Origin: Hypanus sabinus
Taxonomy: Eukaryota
Length of the DNA stretch: 64,000 bases
Direction of reading: 5' to 3'
Assembly (NCBI RefSeq): GCF_030144855.1
Contig: NC_082707.1
Span: 33,542,001 to 33,606,000, forward strand
The position numbers and the translations under genes are program-made. Below the pieces are notes generated by a model, which was not told the origin of the DNA, ran no database searches, and worked only from the letters and a program-made list of their open reading frames with translations. Below, piece by piece: positions 23,681 through 35,698 of this stretch. Position 1 is the stretch's first letter. Each line of letters opens with the position of its first letter.

Positions 23681-25499
23681 CAGTGAGATACAAGTGTAAC
23701 AAAATCTGTATACAATAAGTCAAGTTGGAGAATGACTTAGTGGTTTCCATGTTTAACTCCGTGTGAGGACATTGAAAGGTGATGTTTAATTTACTCCTTA
23801 ATATTGCTGAAGGCTAATAGCCTTAACCTCAAACCCTGGGCCACAGAGTCACCGTACCACTTCAAAAATGGGGACACAGAATAACCATTTGGCAGATGTG
23901 AAGGCTTATATTTAATCAATATCAGATGTCGATCATGCTTGATGTAATGATTCCTTATGAAAGTGAGTCACTAATTGATGGCTTTATAGCTGGAGCATTT
24001 ATCAAGAGACATTCCTCTCTCGTTGTTGCTAGGACTGTTTTTGAACTTTGGCTAAGTTAGTAACAGAAATGGAAGAATGCACTAGCATAATGCATTCATT
24101 TTGTGAGCTAACCTGAAGCTGAAGTTTGATTGACTCTTCGAATCAGTAAAGCCCATGTTACATCCTGACTGGAGTTCAGTTGCCCTGGGTGCAAGCTGAC
24201 ATTGGTTAATATGGAACCCATATGTACGCAACCATGAAAATGGCTTAACTCAGTTACTTTTTTTTAATTCCAATATAATTAATCTCGTCAAAATTAGATT
24301 ATCTATTTAATCCAAGAGATTTAGGTAGTTGGAAACAGCTTTGGATATATGAAATGTGATGCCAGGTCAAACATATCTTTAGATTTCCCGTGAACTGTTT
24401 CTCTTAAGTTACACTATAATGTGGTCAACGGCTGACATAACACATCTTTTCTTGTGATATCTAATATTTTCTTTATCTGGAAATGGTTCCAAATTTGAAA
24501 ATAGTTTTTTTTTCGCAGCCAATATTCTGATCTGTGTCAATGGCGGTTGATTGCTGCAGAAGAATTTGACATTTATAGGGTTAAGAATATTTGTCACTGG
24601 CCTGAAAGCTTATTACACCTTTCCCAGATAACCCTAAGCAGCATCTTAATGAATCCCATATCGCAGGATTTACAGGAAGGATTTGTTAAGATGTCAATGT
24701 GCCAGAGTCTCTGAAATGGACCAGCTGTCTCCTAATGGTGAACAGCTTGAAGTGGTCACTTCTATTTCCATCTTACCAGCTCAGCAGTCAACAGTAGTGT
24801 TGATTAAGCAGGCCAGAGTCCAAGGCCTGTGTAAAACATAACAAAGAGAGACTTCTACCAGGGAAAAATAACAAACGTCTGCTGTAGAGTGGGCTGATGC
24901 CTAAGTGAGCCCTTTTTCACTCAGCTCTCTCTCCACAAAGCGTAATTCTAACAAGGCTATCACATCAAGCGATTCAAGGGCAATGTTGTGAAGTCCCTTT
25001 GCCCTCATCCTTCATCAAAAGGAATATTTTTTTAAAATCTTACTTTTGAGCAGAACTTGTGGTGTGTACTGCTCTACAATCACGGCAAAGCAAAGAGTTC
25101 ACTGATTTGATTGGCCTCAGGGTAGCAGTTCAACCTCAGGAGAAATGGCCTTTAACTATATTCTGATTGAAATTTGTGTGTCCTTTCAACGATTGTTTTC
25201 CTTAAAATGTAAAATTTATTCTTTCTGTGAAAAATATTGTGGCTTTAGTGGGGGTGGATGGAGGGAGGTGAGGAGAGGGGAAGAGAGAGACGTTCAAATG
25301 AATAAACAGAGAGACTGGGAGAGAAAGAAAGGTGACTTATTTCTGATTTGCTTCTATCAGAAAAATATAAAATGTGAAGACAAATCTGATTTAAGACAAT
25401 TGGGTGAGCAGGAAGTAAGAAAGCCCACTAAGTTCAGCTTGTTTTTTTCCAAGCGGGGAATCCTAGTTAAATCCAGGGATTTAGTCTCAGCCCATATTG

Positions 25500-25980
25500 G
25501 TTCCAGCAGAGCCTGGTAAAGTTAATTAAGGGTGAGTAATGGAGCATTTTCTCTCCAATGATATCTGTGACAGAACAAAGCTGTCTGAGTCTTGTGAAGC
25601 AAAATTTGAGCTGAATGAGTATTTATGTGATCAGCTCTGAAGGGGCAGCTCACGACAGAGCGGAGATTCATCAATCAATCTTACTGCCGATGCAGCTCTG
25701 GGAAATTGGTCTATCAAGAGGACTATGCCCCCCTCCCCCATTTTCTTTCTATTCAATCATCCCTCAGGCTGAAATGCTTCTCTTTAACTTTGCCTCCAAA
25801 CACCTTAAGGGTCAGCAAAAAAAAAGTACCATCAAGAGCTTGAAAGCCTTTAAAAACACTGAGACACGATGCCTGCGTAGGATATTACTCTTCATTGATA
25901 ACCTCTTAAGTGTATGCATAAACAAAGCATTAATACCTGTCGTCAAATTAATATATTCTTAACAGGAGATTATACTATAG
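25500..25980. promoter_or_regulatory. Candidate developmental enhancer / conserved non-coding element
   Basis: TE-free high-complexity block with TGACAG (25568-25573), AACAAAG (25574-25580, 25921-25927), rc TGATTGATGA (25668-25677) and TAATTA sites. Conservation not testable here. Confidence 0.4.
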
Positions 25981-28247
25981 ACCTGGCTGTCTAATAAGTC
26001 CACCAAGAAACAAATTGAAGTGTGGATTTTTGCACAGGATTCTAACTTGATCACATGCAGTGGTCTCTGTGTCTGTCTGAATGGGAGAAAGAAGCCAGAG
26101 GGGAAAGGGAAGAAAATTGTGAGGCACTGCAACCAACATGACTATTATGTAGCCTACAGCCACATACTTCGAGAACAGTAGCAAACAAAAGTACATATTT
26201 CTGTACAAAAATAAATAAATGCATTTGTACAAATTGTAGCTCTTCAGATGGAATTGTATTTTAAACATTTAGTCTCAGCATGTTTTTATTATTCATTGTT
26301 CCTGCATTTTGAACTTTGCATCTATACGGGTCCTCCTCAGGTTATGCAAGCCAGACCACTTTACAGGTAGGAAATGTGGCCACAAACTGAATTCTGGCAA
26401 GAAAGATGCCTGAAGCCCTGCAATAGTCAGCAGATCCCTCCTATCAGTTTCCCAAATGATCATTCATATGTGAAGGCTATCAATTAGTTGGGCATTCATA
26501 AGCTGCAGAGGACATATAAAGTATAGTCAACTAAAGCTGTTACACTCAAAAGAAAACTGTTTTGAGAGCATAGGTAATTTTTCAGAGTGTTTCTTACTCT
26601 GCAGAAGGATGGAATGAGTTTAAATGACAATGCATTATTGATGATCTATATGCTGCAATAACCAAAGCTTAATACAGTGTGAAGGCAAAGTTCATACACT
26701 TAAGAGTTCATATACATTGTAATGTATACAGTTTAGTAGAACCACATAGCACAAGTGCTGATGAAAGTGGTGATATACACAGGCACAAATTATTCACTTA
26801 GGTAAATATATCCAAGATGTTTACCAAACCCTTTGTTCTACTCAGTATGATCTGGTCTGTAATCCTAGAATGAGTAAATTCTGTTTGACATTTCCTACAT
26901 CTTTTATCAGATATTTGCCACAAAGTTGGGATATTGATTATTATATTATCACTAAAAGTATGTCACTGCTTTTTCCCATATAATTGAGGATGTGCAGACC
27001 AAGATAAGAGTGAATATGTGCCCAGAGATCACAGAGAGTTGATTTGAAGACTTGTCATTGAGCTTTTCTGTAAGATGTGCTCACACCTGGCTGTCCTCAG
27101 CCAGTGACAGGCCTGTTACTTCTCTGTATACTTAGAAGCCAGCAGGACATACTTTCTCTTCCAATTTTCATTTCCTCCTCTTTTTAAATTGCCCCTCCCC
27201 TTGCGCCACACACAGGCACCTCATCATGCTCACAGGTCTCTGCAGCTTGTTAACCGTGTCTTGTCAGATGCTGATGAATTCTCCCTCACCCCCTGTAAAG
27301 GAGCAACCATCCTAATTTGATACAGCATTTCTCTGAATGGCCTCTGGCAAAAGTCAGGGAATAAACTTGTGGACAATCATGGCTCCATATCCTGTACTGA
27401 AGACCATGCACCTTCAGCTAAAATACTAGAACTTTCTATTTGATTTCAATATGTATGTGTCTGATCGTGAACGTCTGTAACAAGTTATGGATATAGATGG
27501 TATCAATGGCTTGAATTTTGTACAGTAACTTTTAATGACATCACATTGTCTATTAGTGAGTTGGGGGTGGAGCACCACAAGCAAACTTTCATAAAGCAAA
27601 CAAAGCCAATAGACTTGGAATAAAAAGATTGAAAAGCACTGATACTTGCTGCAAAATACATGGCAATGTATTCTTGACTCCCACTGCAGCAAAGAAGGAA
27701 GGCCTATCCTGAATGGTCTTACCTCCTATTCTGCCCTTGAACTCATTCCTGAGTTGAGGTTGTTCCATAATTTACTGAGTTAAGTGACCAGATGGACCTC
27801 ATACCTGATATCTTAGCCTGGTGGCAGCCTTAGCTGACCCATCAAGATCAGCCCAGTCATTCCAGTCAAGAATGGGTTGCCTAGATTATGGAGCACGTGC
27901 TTCCAAATTGGATTAGTATAGATGGGTACGACATGGGCAGAGTGACTTCTATGATCCTGAGTGGCCACTGCAAGGAGTTGAGCAGAATCTATCTATTCCA
28001 ATTCAATGCCTAATAAAAGAGTTGGAGGAAATAGTAACTAAAACATATTCTCCCAATAAAAGCAGGGTATTTTTTCAAAGAGAATAAGTTATATTCAAAG
28101 AAATCTCTTCTCAGTCACAAACAGCAGTGTGGATGCTAAGCTTGATTTTCAGAGGAGTTAGCCAATCATCTCCACTCTTTGCAGTCACTATATACATATT
28201 ATAGTTATTTTCTCTTGTTATTTTAATTAAATTCATTACAATTGATT

Positions 28248-28535
28248 TATTTATTTATTGAGATACAATGCAGAATAGGCCCTTCTGGCCCTTCGAGCCA
28301 AACTGCCCAGCAATCTTCCCAGTTTAATCTCTACCTAGTCACGAGACAATTTACAAAGACCAACTAACCTAACAACTGTTTCGTCTTTGGAGTGTGAGAG
28401 GAAGCCAGAGCACCCAGAAAAAACCCATGCAATCACAGGGAGAATGTACAAGCTCCTTACAGGCAGCGACGGGAATTGAACCTGGGTCGCCTGTACTGCA
28501 AGGCACTGTGGTAACCGTTCTGTTACTGCGTCACT
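28248..28535 (-). mobile_element. HE1/V-SINE-like SINE
   Basis: (TTTA)n tail, AGGCCCTTCTGGCCC, GGAAGCCAGAGCACCCAGAAAAAACCC, GGGAATTGAACCTGGG (rc B box). Confidence 0.88.
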
Positions 28536-29640
28536 ACCGTACTTATGGAATATGGAATCACTAAACAGCTCAACAAGTAACATATCCTGAGCCACACTAT
28601 CTGAATTTGAAAATACACCACTGTCCCTTCACAGACTCTGAGTCTAAAATCTAAAATTATACCTTCATTACAGTGACTGACATTAGTTTCACTTAACAAT
28701 AACATTTTCTAACATCATTTCTTTGGAACATCGGATACAAAAAGAATTTTGCCGTTATAAATACATAATTCTCAAGTAATTAATACCAAAAATAGTGCAT
28801 TCTGTGATGGTGCTCCCTTAAGTGCTATGATCCACATGTTGATGTGACGTATACCTAACAGGGTTAATGAGCACTTCAAAATTAAAAAGTTTGCAACTTA
28901 GAGCATGAAACTGAGCCTAAGATGTATGAGTGTTGCACTCAGTGAATTCCACCACTTAGCTGACAAATTCTTTCTTATTTCACAGAGCACTCTGCGTGTT
29001 CTTATCCTTGATTTATTTTATTTCGTACTTACTGTCTCAACTCAAGATTTGTTATGAATAGTAAAGTTACACAAATGCCCAAGTTAGCCAATTCGTTTAT
29101 ATGCATTTTTACCTCAGCTCTTAAGAGCATGGGCAGTAACATCAGCTAGGTCTTAACCTATGCATTAATAAATTGACTGTTTCCTGTATGACTGAAAGAG
29201 GCAGAGGAATCCTGTCAAACAATTCGAAATCTAATACAATCTGCTCTATCAGACTGTCCATTTTATGTACACACTCTTGAGGCATGAAGTTTGAGAGGCT
29301 TCACTCTCTATAAACAATCTGATGTGAATGGTGAAATTACTTGCAGATTCATCCCTTTGAGGAAAGGCTAAGCTGAGAAGGAAGGGGAAAAAGTTGAATT
29401 TTCAGGCTTAAACCATCATGTAGGTTTCTTGCCAGTAAGGAATGCTTTAAGTTAGGACTTTGTTTGGCCTCAGGGAGCAGCACCAACAACAAACTGCATT
29501 TATGTAATGTCTTCTCATGAACCCAATAATCAGTGGTCCATAAACAGAGTGAATGCTTGGGTGGAAATGTAGTTCCAAAGCTTAACACGTTACATCCACA
29601 AGAAATCAAAAATATACAGAAGGGAAATTCATCTCAAAGC

Positions 29641-29890
29641 TGTAGTGTATTTAATACTTCAGTAATATTTAAGTAATTGTCTAAATATATTGTTTGATTA
29701 AGCATTCTTTATTGTTTATATAATTCATTATGGTTACATGTAAAAACATGTGAATTGCATACGTCATGACACTACTATGTGATAGATGCGCACCTCGCTT
29801 ATATTAAAAACTGAAGCTAGACTCATATTTTGAACTCTCTATAGTTTCCTTTAAATTAGGTCAATGTTTTAGGGTTACAAACCATAACGA
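29641..29890 (+). mobile_element. Possible solo LTR
   Basis: About 250 bp starting TGTAGTG, with an ATTAAA signal near 29803 and ending TTACAAACCATAAC(G). No clean TSD. Confidence 0.4.
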
Positions 29891-31424
29891 CAGTCACGCA
29901 TCGCTAAAAATGGAATGACCAGGCAGATTGGGTGAATGAGTGCTCTCCCTCTCAGCTAAACCATCCAGATATAAAGCAGTTTCGGTAGGAAAATGTACTT
30001 CCCCCAATTAATGTAAGAGACTGACCTACAAATCCAGGACTAAGCAGATGGAGTACGTAACCTGCATGTCCAAGTTCCTTGACTTAGGAAATGAACAGGT
30101 AATAACAGGCCATCAGGAACACAGGGGGAGGCAGCTTACACACAGTCATGGAAATATTTACATTTTATTTTCATTGGCTCAAATGACATGAGAATGATAC
30201 AGACCTTTAGGCTCTTTTTTGAAGACCCTGTTGATTGCCTGCCTCCTACCCCCCAAACATGCCTGTCATATCATCAGTGGATGTGAGTGAGCACATTCCT
30301 AGACCTAACAATGTGCACAAAGCCAGGACTAGGAGTTGCTGTTTAGCAACAGTAGTCCACCAGAAATCTTTAATAGAGGCCCTACGTCAAAAACTAGTTC
30401 AATACTACTGATGGTCACTGCTCAGTGTTACACCTATTTTAGACAGCTATCCCCTTTTCTCATTCATGTTCAATGTCAAACAATGCCTCTTTTTCTCACA
30501 TTTATACCTCTTCTGTCAGGTTCTCACCACCCTCCTTTTTATCTGTCTCTCCTATTTCAGATTCGCCTTCCCTCCCTCTTCCTTTTCTCTCGCCCTTCAA
30601 ATACCTTCTTCTTCCTCCTGTTCCCCTTTGTCCTCTCCTCTGCATTCCTGCTTTGCTTTGCCTCTTTGAATGTTGCTTTCCCTCTCGCGTTCTCTCTTTT
30701 CATGTGCCCACCCCACACGTTCCCCTTCACTTGATTTACAGTGTGCTGGCACCCTGAAACACAATTTACTGTGCCCAACATGTACCCTGGACTCCAGTGC
30801 AAAAGTGTAGACCAGAAGCCTTTCGAAAGGAAGTAAGACAGCCGGCCTGATTCAGAAATTGATTTAAAATTTTAAAAAACATTTTTTTGAGGAACAAGTT
30901 GCAAAACACAGGATGGGGGTGATGGGGGAGGGGTGGAATTTGCATATTTGGTTGTTGTTTGACAATTCCTGAGTGATGTTGTTGAATGTGATTGAAACTT
31001 TGGCCCACAAATGCAGATATAGGGCAAGAGATGAATTAGGGGGAGTAAGGAAGTGGCCCAGACTGGTTTCGCATCAGAGTGCTGCAGAAACAGTTTAGCT
31101 GCCTGTTCAAATAAGCCCCTAATCAGCAGCACCTGCTTTGAAAGAGCCCTCTACAATCCCCTGTGCCTACATTGCTACATTGCCCGTGTTCACTGAATGT
31201 CGTTCAGTCTTGTGAGGAAATTGTATTGTGAGGAAACAGTCTTGTGTAGAGATGAGCACTCACAATAGCTTGTCTGCAGCCTCTTCTACTTTTCAGCATC
31301 ATCTAAGAGCCTGAGGTTTCTGCATATATACTGCAGATCATTTTAAACCATATTGTGAGAACTGGAAGGCTGCACTGTTTAAATAGGAAGGATTGACTTG
31401 AAATCTGTTATCATTCAAGATAGA

Positions 31425-31822
31425 GAATCAAAATCAGGTTTAAGATCATCAGTATATGTCATGAAATTTGTTAACTTAGCAGCAGTACAATGCAATACAT
31501 GATAAATATATACAAAATAAATTAATCAAATTACATAAAGTATATGTACGTATATCAGATAGTTAAATTAAAATGTGAGGTAGTATTCATGGGTTCAATG
31601 CCCATTTAGAAACTAGATGGCAGAAGGGAAGAAACTGTTCCTGAATTGCTGAGAGTGTCCCTACAAGTTTCTGTACCTCCATCCTGATGGTAACAATGAG
31701 AAGAGGGCATGTCCTAGATGATGAAGGTCCTTAATAAATGGACACTGTTTTTCTGAAGCAAAACTCCTTAAAGGCTAATTTTACAACTTTCTGTTGCTTA
31801 TTACAACCACCTCATACCAGAC
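31425..31822 (-). mobile_element. Rex1/Babar 3' fragment
   Basis: Collinear with the 3' end of the 53481 copy (GATGGCAGAAGGGAAGAAACTGTTCCTGAA, GATTCT-type tail). Confidence 0.88.
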
Positions 31823-33094
31823 AAAAACATACCAGAGACCACAAACAAAAAAACTCAAACATAATATGACTTTTTTGGAAAGAAATCACCAGGTATGTGC
31901 AAATTATGGTGCAATTTATCCCACAAACCAGCTTGTTAAAATTTAAATTGTCTTTGATAAAATTTCATCTAGTCCAAGAAACTTTCCTATCCATAGAGTT
32001 TTGCAATCAATTCTCTCCCTGTCCAATAGGCCAGTGTGCAGCTGGTTAGCCAGTGCACTGAAATGTTTGTTCTTTACGAGACAAATCGAGGATAATTCAC
32101 CATCCCAACAGCAGTGTTTCCTTAAAACAAAACTGACAGGAATGACTGATGGAAAAAGCAAACGAAAGATATCTTTTGTGTGGATTCGTTTGAACTCTTT
32201 ATGCCAGAGATGGAACTTGGGGAAGGAAGAGCTTCCACTTCAGGGGCCAGATGACATCCTGATGTTTTCTCAGGAAAATGTAGCATGATTCCAAATAGGA
32301 TGAAACTGCTGTTACTCCATTTGCCTGAGGTGTTCTCCGTCAGTCTCAAAAGAAAATCTTTTGCTCTATGAGTATCATATCAGTTATTTCCATTCTTATT
32401 AAGGTGGTTAGAAAATCAGACAAAACAGCAATAAGTGTACTTGCATGGCACCTTTTACATCCCAAAGTGAAAGACAGGGAAGAACTCTTCTTGATATATG
32501 TTCGCACAAGGTTGCACAAACAGCAAAGAAACTAATGTCCAGTTGATCAGATTTTGCTGTTGGGTAATTTGAAGGATATCATATAGTCCAACATAAGGAG
32601 AAAACCCTTGCTTTATTTGAACAGTGCACTAGAACATTTTGATATCCCTGGAAGAGATTTTTTCTGAAAAAATGTTATTTCTAATAATGCGAGAGTTTTT
32701 CTTTTTTTTTGTTTTGAAGTATTAGAATAAATTATAGGTGCAAATTCTGGAGTACTAATTTAAAAGTGATTTTCTGAATTTATCTTTCAGTAACATAAAA
32801 TTTGTAAAGCTAAATTTTATGTTATTCTGGATGGGTATGTGTGAAAGGATACCACTCAGATAGTTCATTCATATTAGCTTCATCAAAGAGCATTACTTTA
32901 AGTCCTATATCCTCTTTTCGAACAACTATGCAAAATATTAGTTTTACTATAAATATCCAATTGTTCTCAGAAAGTTCACTACTGACTGTTTTCATCATCT
33001 GACCAGGATCACGATAAGTTGCTGCATTAATAATACTTATCTCCCATCTTGTTCTGCATTGCTGTAACAACAATGCTTATTTACAGACAATGTG

Positions 33095-33285
33095 CCAGAG
33101 GAGTTCAGCTACTCAGGCAGCATTTATATTTGGGAAAGAACAGTGGACATTTTGGGCCCAATGAAGGGTCTCAGCCTGAAGTATCAACTTTTCATTCCCA
33201 TCCTGACAAGCTGAGCTCCTCCAGCACGTTGTGTGTATGGGTATTGATCTAGATTTCCCGCATCTGCAGTATCTCTGGTGTCTGT
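33095..33285. mobile_element. Decayed inverted PLE pLTR fragments
   Basis: AATGAAGGGTCTCAGCCTGAA...GCTGAGCTCCTCCAGCACGTTGTGTG...GCATCTGCAG. Confidence 0.7.
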
Positions 33286-33504
33286 GCTCACTTACATAGA
33301 TGGTTTCACGTCCCTAGACAAATCCCAGGAATGTTACCAAATGACCTTTGATGCAAAGATGGAGGAATGGTTGTGACATAAGAGAAGGAAAAGAGATTCA
33401 GTAGATGGCATTTTACAGAGGCTCTAGGAAAAGAGGAGGCCAATCCAGTGTGTTTTGGTAAAATTATGCCTGGAGGAAGGAAGGGGCTGGATGAGCTGAG
33501 CTGA

Positions 33505-33685
33505 GACTATGTTACGGCATAGTTAAAGTGGAGGTTGATGGATACATAATTAGTAAGGGCAACAACTGCTCTGGGGAGAAGGCAGGAAAGTGGGATTGAG
33601 AGGAAAAATAAATCAGCCCTGATTGAATGGTGGTGCAGCTTCAATGGGCAAAATTGTCGAATTCTGTTCCTGTATCTTACAGTCT
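33505..33685 (+). mobile_element. CR1 3' terminal fragment
   Basis: GGGGAGAAGGCAGGAAAGTGGGATTGAGAGG...TCAGCCCTGATTGAATGG. Confidence 0.78.
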
Positions 33686-33759
33686 TACACCCTATCATGT
33701 AAACAAAAGGGTATGTGGCGCAAAGTACTTCTCAAGGTCAAACTTGACATCAAGCTCAT

Positions 33760-34710
33760 AAAATACACTAAAGGGCTAGATGAGAAGACAAATGGACAAC
33801 TGCTAATTGTCCTAACAGATCTATAATAAGAGGATTTTACTGTAGACAAAGGTAAGGTCATACACTTTGGAAAAAAAGAACTGAAACCATGGGCTTTCTT
33901 AATATTGAAGAATCCGGAAGAACTGTGGCACGGGTGGTTTGGGCATCCATGTACTAATTATTATTGAAGTGTTGCCCAGAGGTACAGAAGGTAATCTGGA
34001 AGGCCAGTGGAATGAAAAGTGAGAGGATACCAGAATAATGTTATTCTGCAGCTACAAACCCCTGAATAGATTGAACATTTGAAAACGACACATTTTAGGA
34101 AAATACAGTGCTCGTTCAGGGCATGCAGGATATGTTTTCTGGGTTAACAAATAGACTTCAAGGGTTAAATTATACAAACCAGGTTTGTATTTCCCTGAAT
34201 GTAAAAGCTTGAGGATGAATTAACTGAATTTTCTGAAGTACTAAGACAAATGGATAGGATGCAAAGAAACACACTATTTCTGCTGGTTACAACACACAAA
34301 ATGCTGGTGGAACCTTCGTCAGGACTCATCGACAGTGCTTCTCCTATAGATGCTGCCTGGCCTATTGTGTTCCACCAGCATTTTGTGTGTGTTGTTTGAA
34401 TTTCCAGCATCTGCAGGTTTCCTCAGTTCTGCTGGTTGGAGCGTTTGGGATCCTGTTCAATCCAAGCCTTTGAGAAGCGAGGCAAAGAAATATTTCTGCA
34501 GACAGAGGGTGGTGGAAGCTTAGGACTGATTTTTGCAATCACCATTTGAAACTGGCTGATTCATTTCTTCTGAAATCAATTAGACTTTTGGTAATTCAAG
34601 GTAATAAGGGACACAGAGCTAAATACAAATATAGGCCATAGATCACTCATGACTGGCCTAAGTGAATGGCGGAGTGAGCACGGGATAAGGTGTTTGTTCC
34701 TTTTTCTGTA
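33760..34710 (+). mobile_element. Old CR1 3' part hosting a mini-PLE and an RTE derivative
   Basis: GTAAGGTCATACACTTTGG, CAGAGGGTGGTGG and a decayed CR1 3' end. Confidence 0.65.
34289..34426. mobile_element. 138-bp fold-back mini-PLE
   Basis: Exact 11-bp TSD TTCTGCTGGTT (34278-34288 / 34427-34437); perfect 22-bp inverted repeat 34292-34313 / 34369-34390. Confidence 0.9.
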
Positions 34711-35127
34711 CTTACTGCCCATTATGCTGCTGGCATTTCGGACAGCAGTGAAGGTCCTCCATCCCTGGCAGTGTTCAGAACTTCCTTCATCATGTCAGCA
34801 GCTTCCTCTTGGATTTCATTGCTGTCAGTCATGCAAGTCTTGGGTGGAGACTGAGGAATACCGTCACACTCAGTTGAAGAGCATTCTTCATTGTTGCTTC
34901 CATAACAATTTTGTTTCCTGAGTCAGGGTTGTTAGCTCTGAGCTGAACCCCTGAACCTGGAGGACCAGTGGACCACTCTTAGCCTGGCTTTTGTCCTTTG
35001 ACCTCTTTGGCATGGGTGACCCTACCAAGAGTCAAAGCATAAAGCCCTGACTCCAGCCAACATAGCTCTCCAGGTTATTGAGGAATGCAAGCCTCCAAAC
35101 CACGACATGGTTGTGGTCCTCTTGGAC
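34711..35127 (-). mobile_element. Bipartite non-autonomous RTE-clade element (5'UTR + 3' end)
   Basis: Reverse complement begins with an RTE-type 5'UTR (..TGTCGTGG..GGCTTGC..AGAGCTATG..GGTAGGGTCACCC..GCTAACAACCC) and ends with QGWRTFTAVRNASSIMGSK-like coding remnant and TAAG tail. TSD 34696-34710 / 35128-35142 (14/15). Confidence 0.8.
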
Positions 35128-35604
35128 GTTCCTTTCTCTGTAAGGCAGAATAATTTATCCTGTTGTTCATGAGTTACAGAAATCACATTTCCGATGATTA
35201 ATTTGTATCTACATGAGACATCATTATATTGGTCAAATATTTTGTTATTACCAAATATCATACAAATTTTTATAAAAGTAAACTTTAATCCATTATATCT
35301 GTCTCAAAGTTATGCAAAGTTTCACTCTTACACTCTTCATTAGAATCTAAATCCAGCCAGAGGACAATAATGATATTATTTGGTTTTCATCCTTGCTCTA
35401 CAAAATTGTAATATATTAATAGTAAGCTTCAACAAAATCCTACTTGCTTCATATAAAAAAGTCACTTACTGATGATGAGCTCCAATGTGAACAGTTACCA
35501 AATACTAACTTGCTAAATTTCCTGCAAAGACAAAGCTCTTTAAAACACTTCTATTAGTTTCAATATGGTAGCAGAAGGTCCATTTACCAAACAGTTATTT
35601 CTGT

Positions 35605-35698
35605 TAGCGTGATGGAATTCAGCCATGATCATACTGAATGGCGGTGCAGGCTCGAAGGGCTGAATGGCCTACTCCTGGACCTATTTTCTTTGTTTCTA
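35605..35698 (+). mobile_element. CR1 extreme 3' end
   Basis: TCAGCCATGATCATACTGAATGGCGGTGCAGGCTCGAAGGGCTGAATGGCCTACTCCTG. Confidence 0.85.

Noticed and set aside
25145-25962. ORFs of 124 and 115 aa in the TE-free island
   Set aside because: No domain resemblance and low-complexity composition; a non-coding regulatory reading fits better.
30336-30802. Overlapping F/L/S/P-rich ORFs resembling membrane proteins
   Set aside because: Artefact of a pyrimidine tract lacking stop codons.
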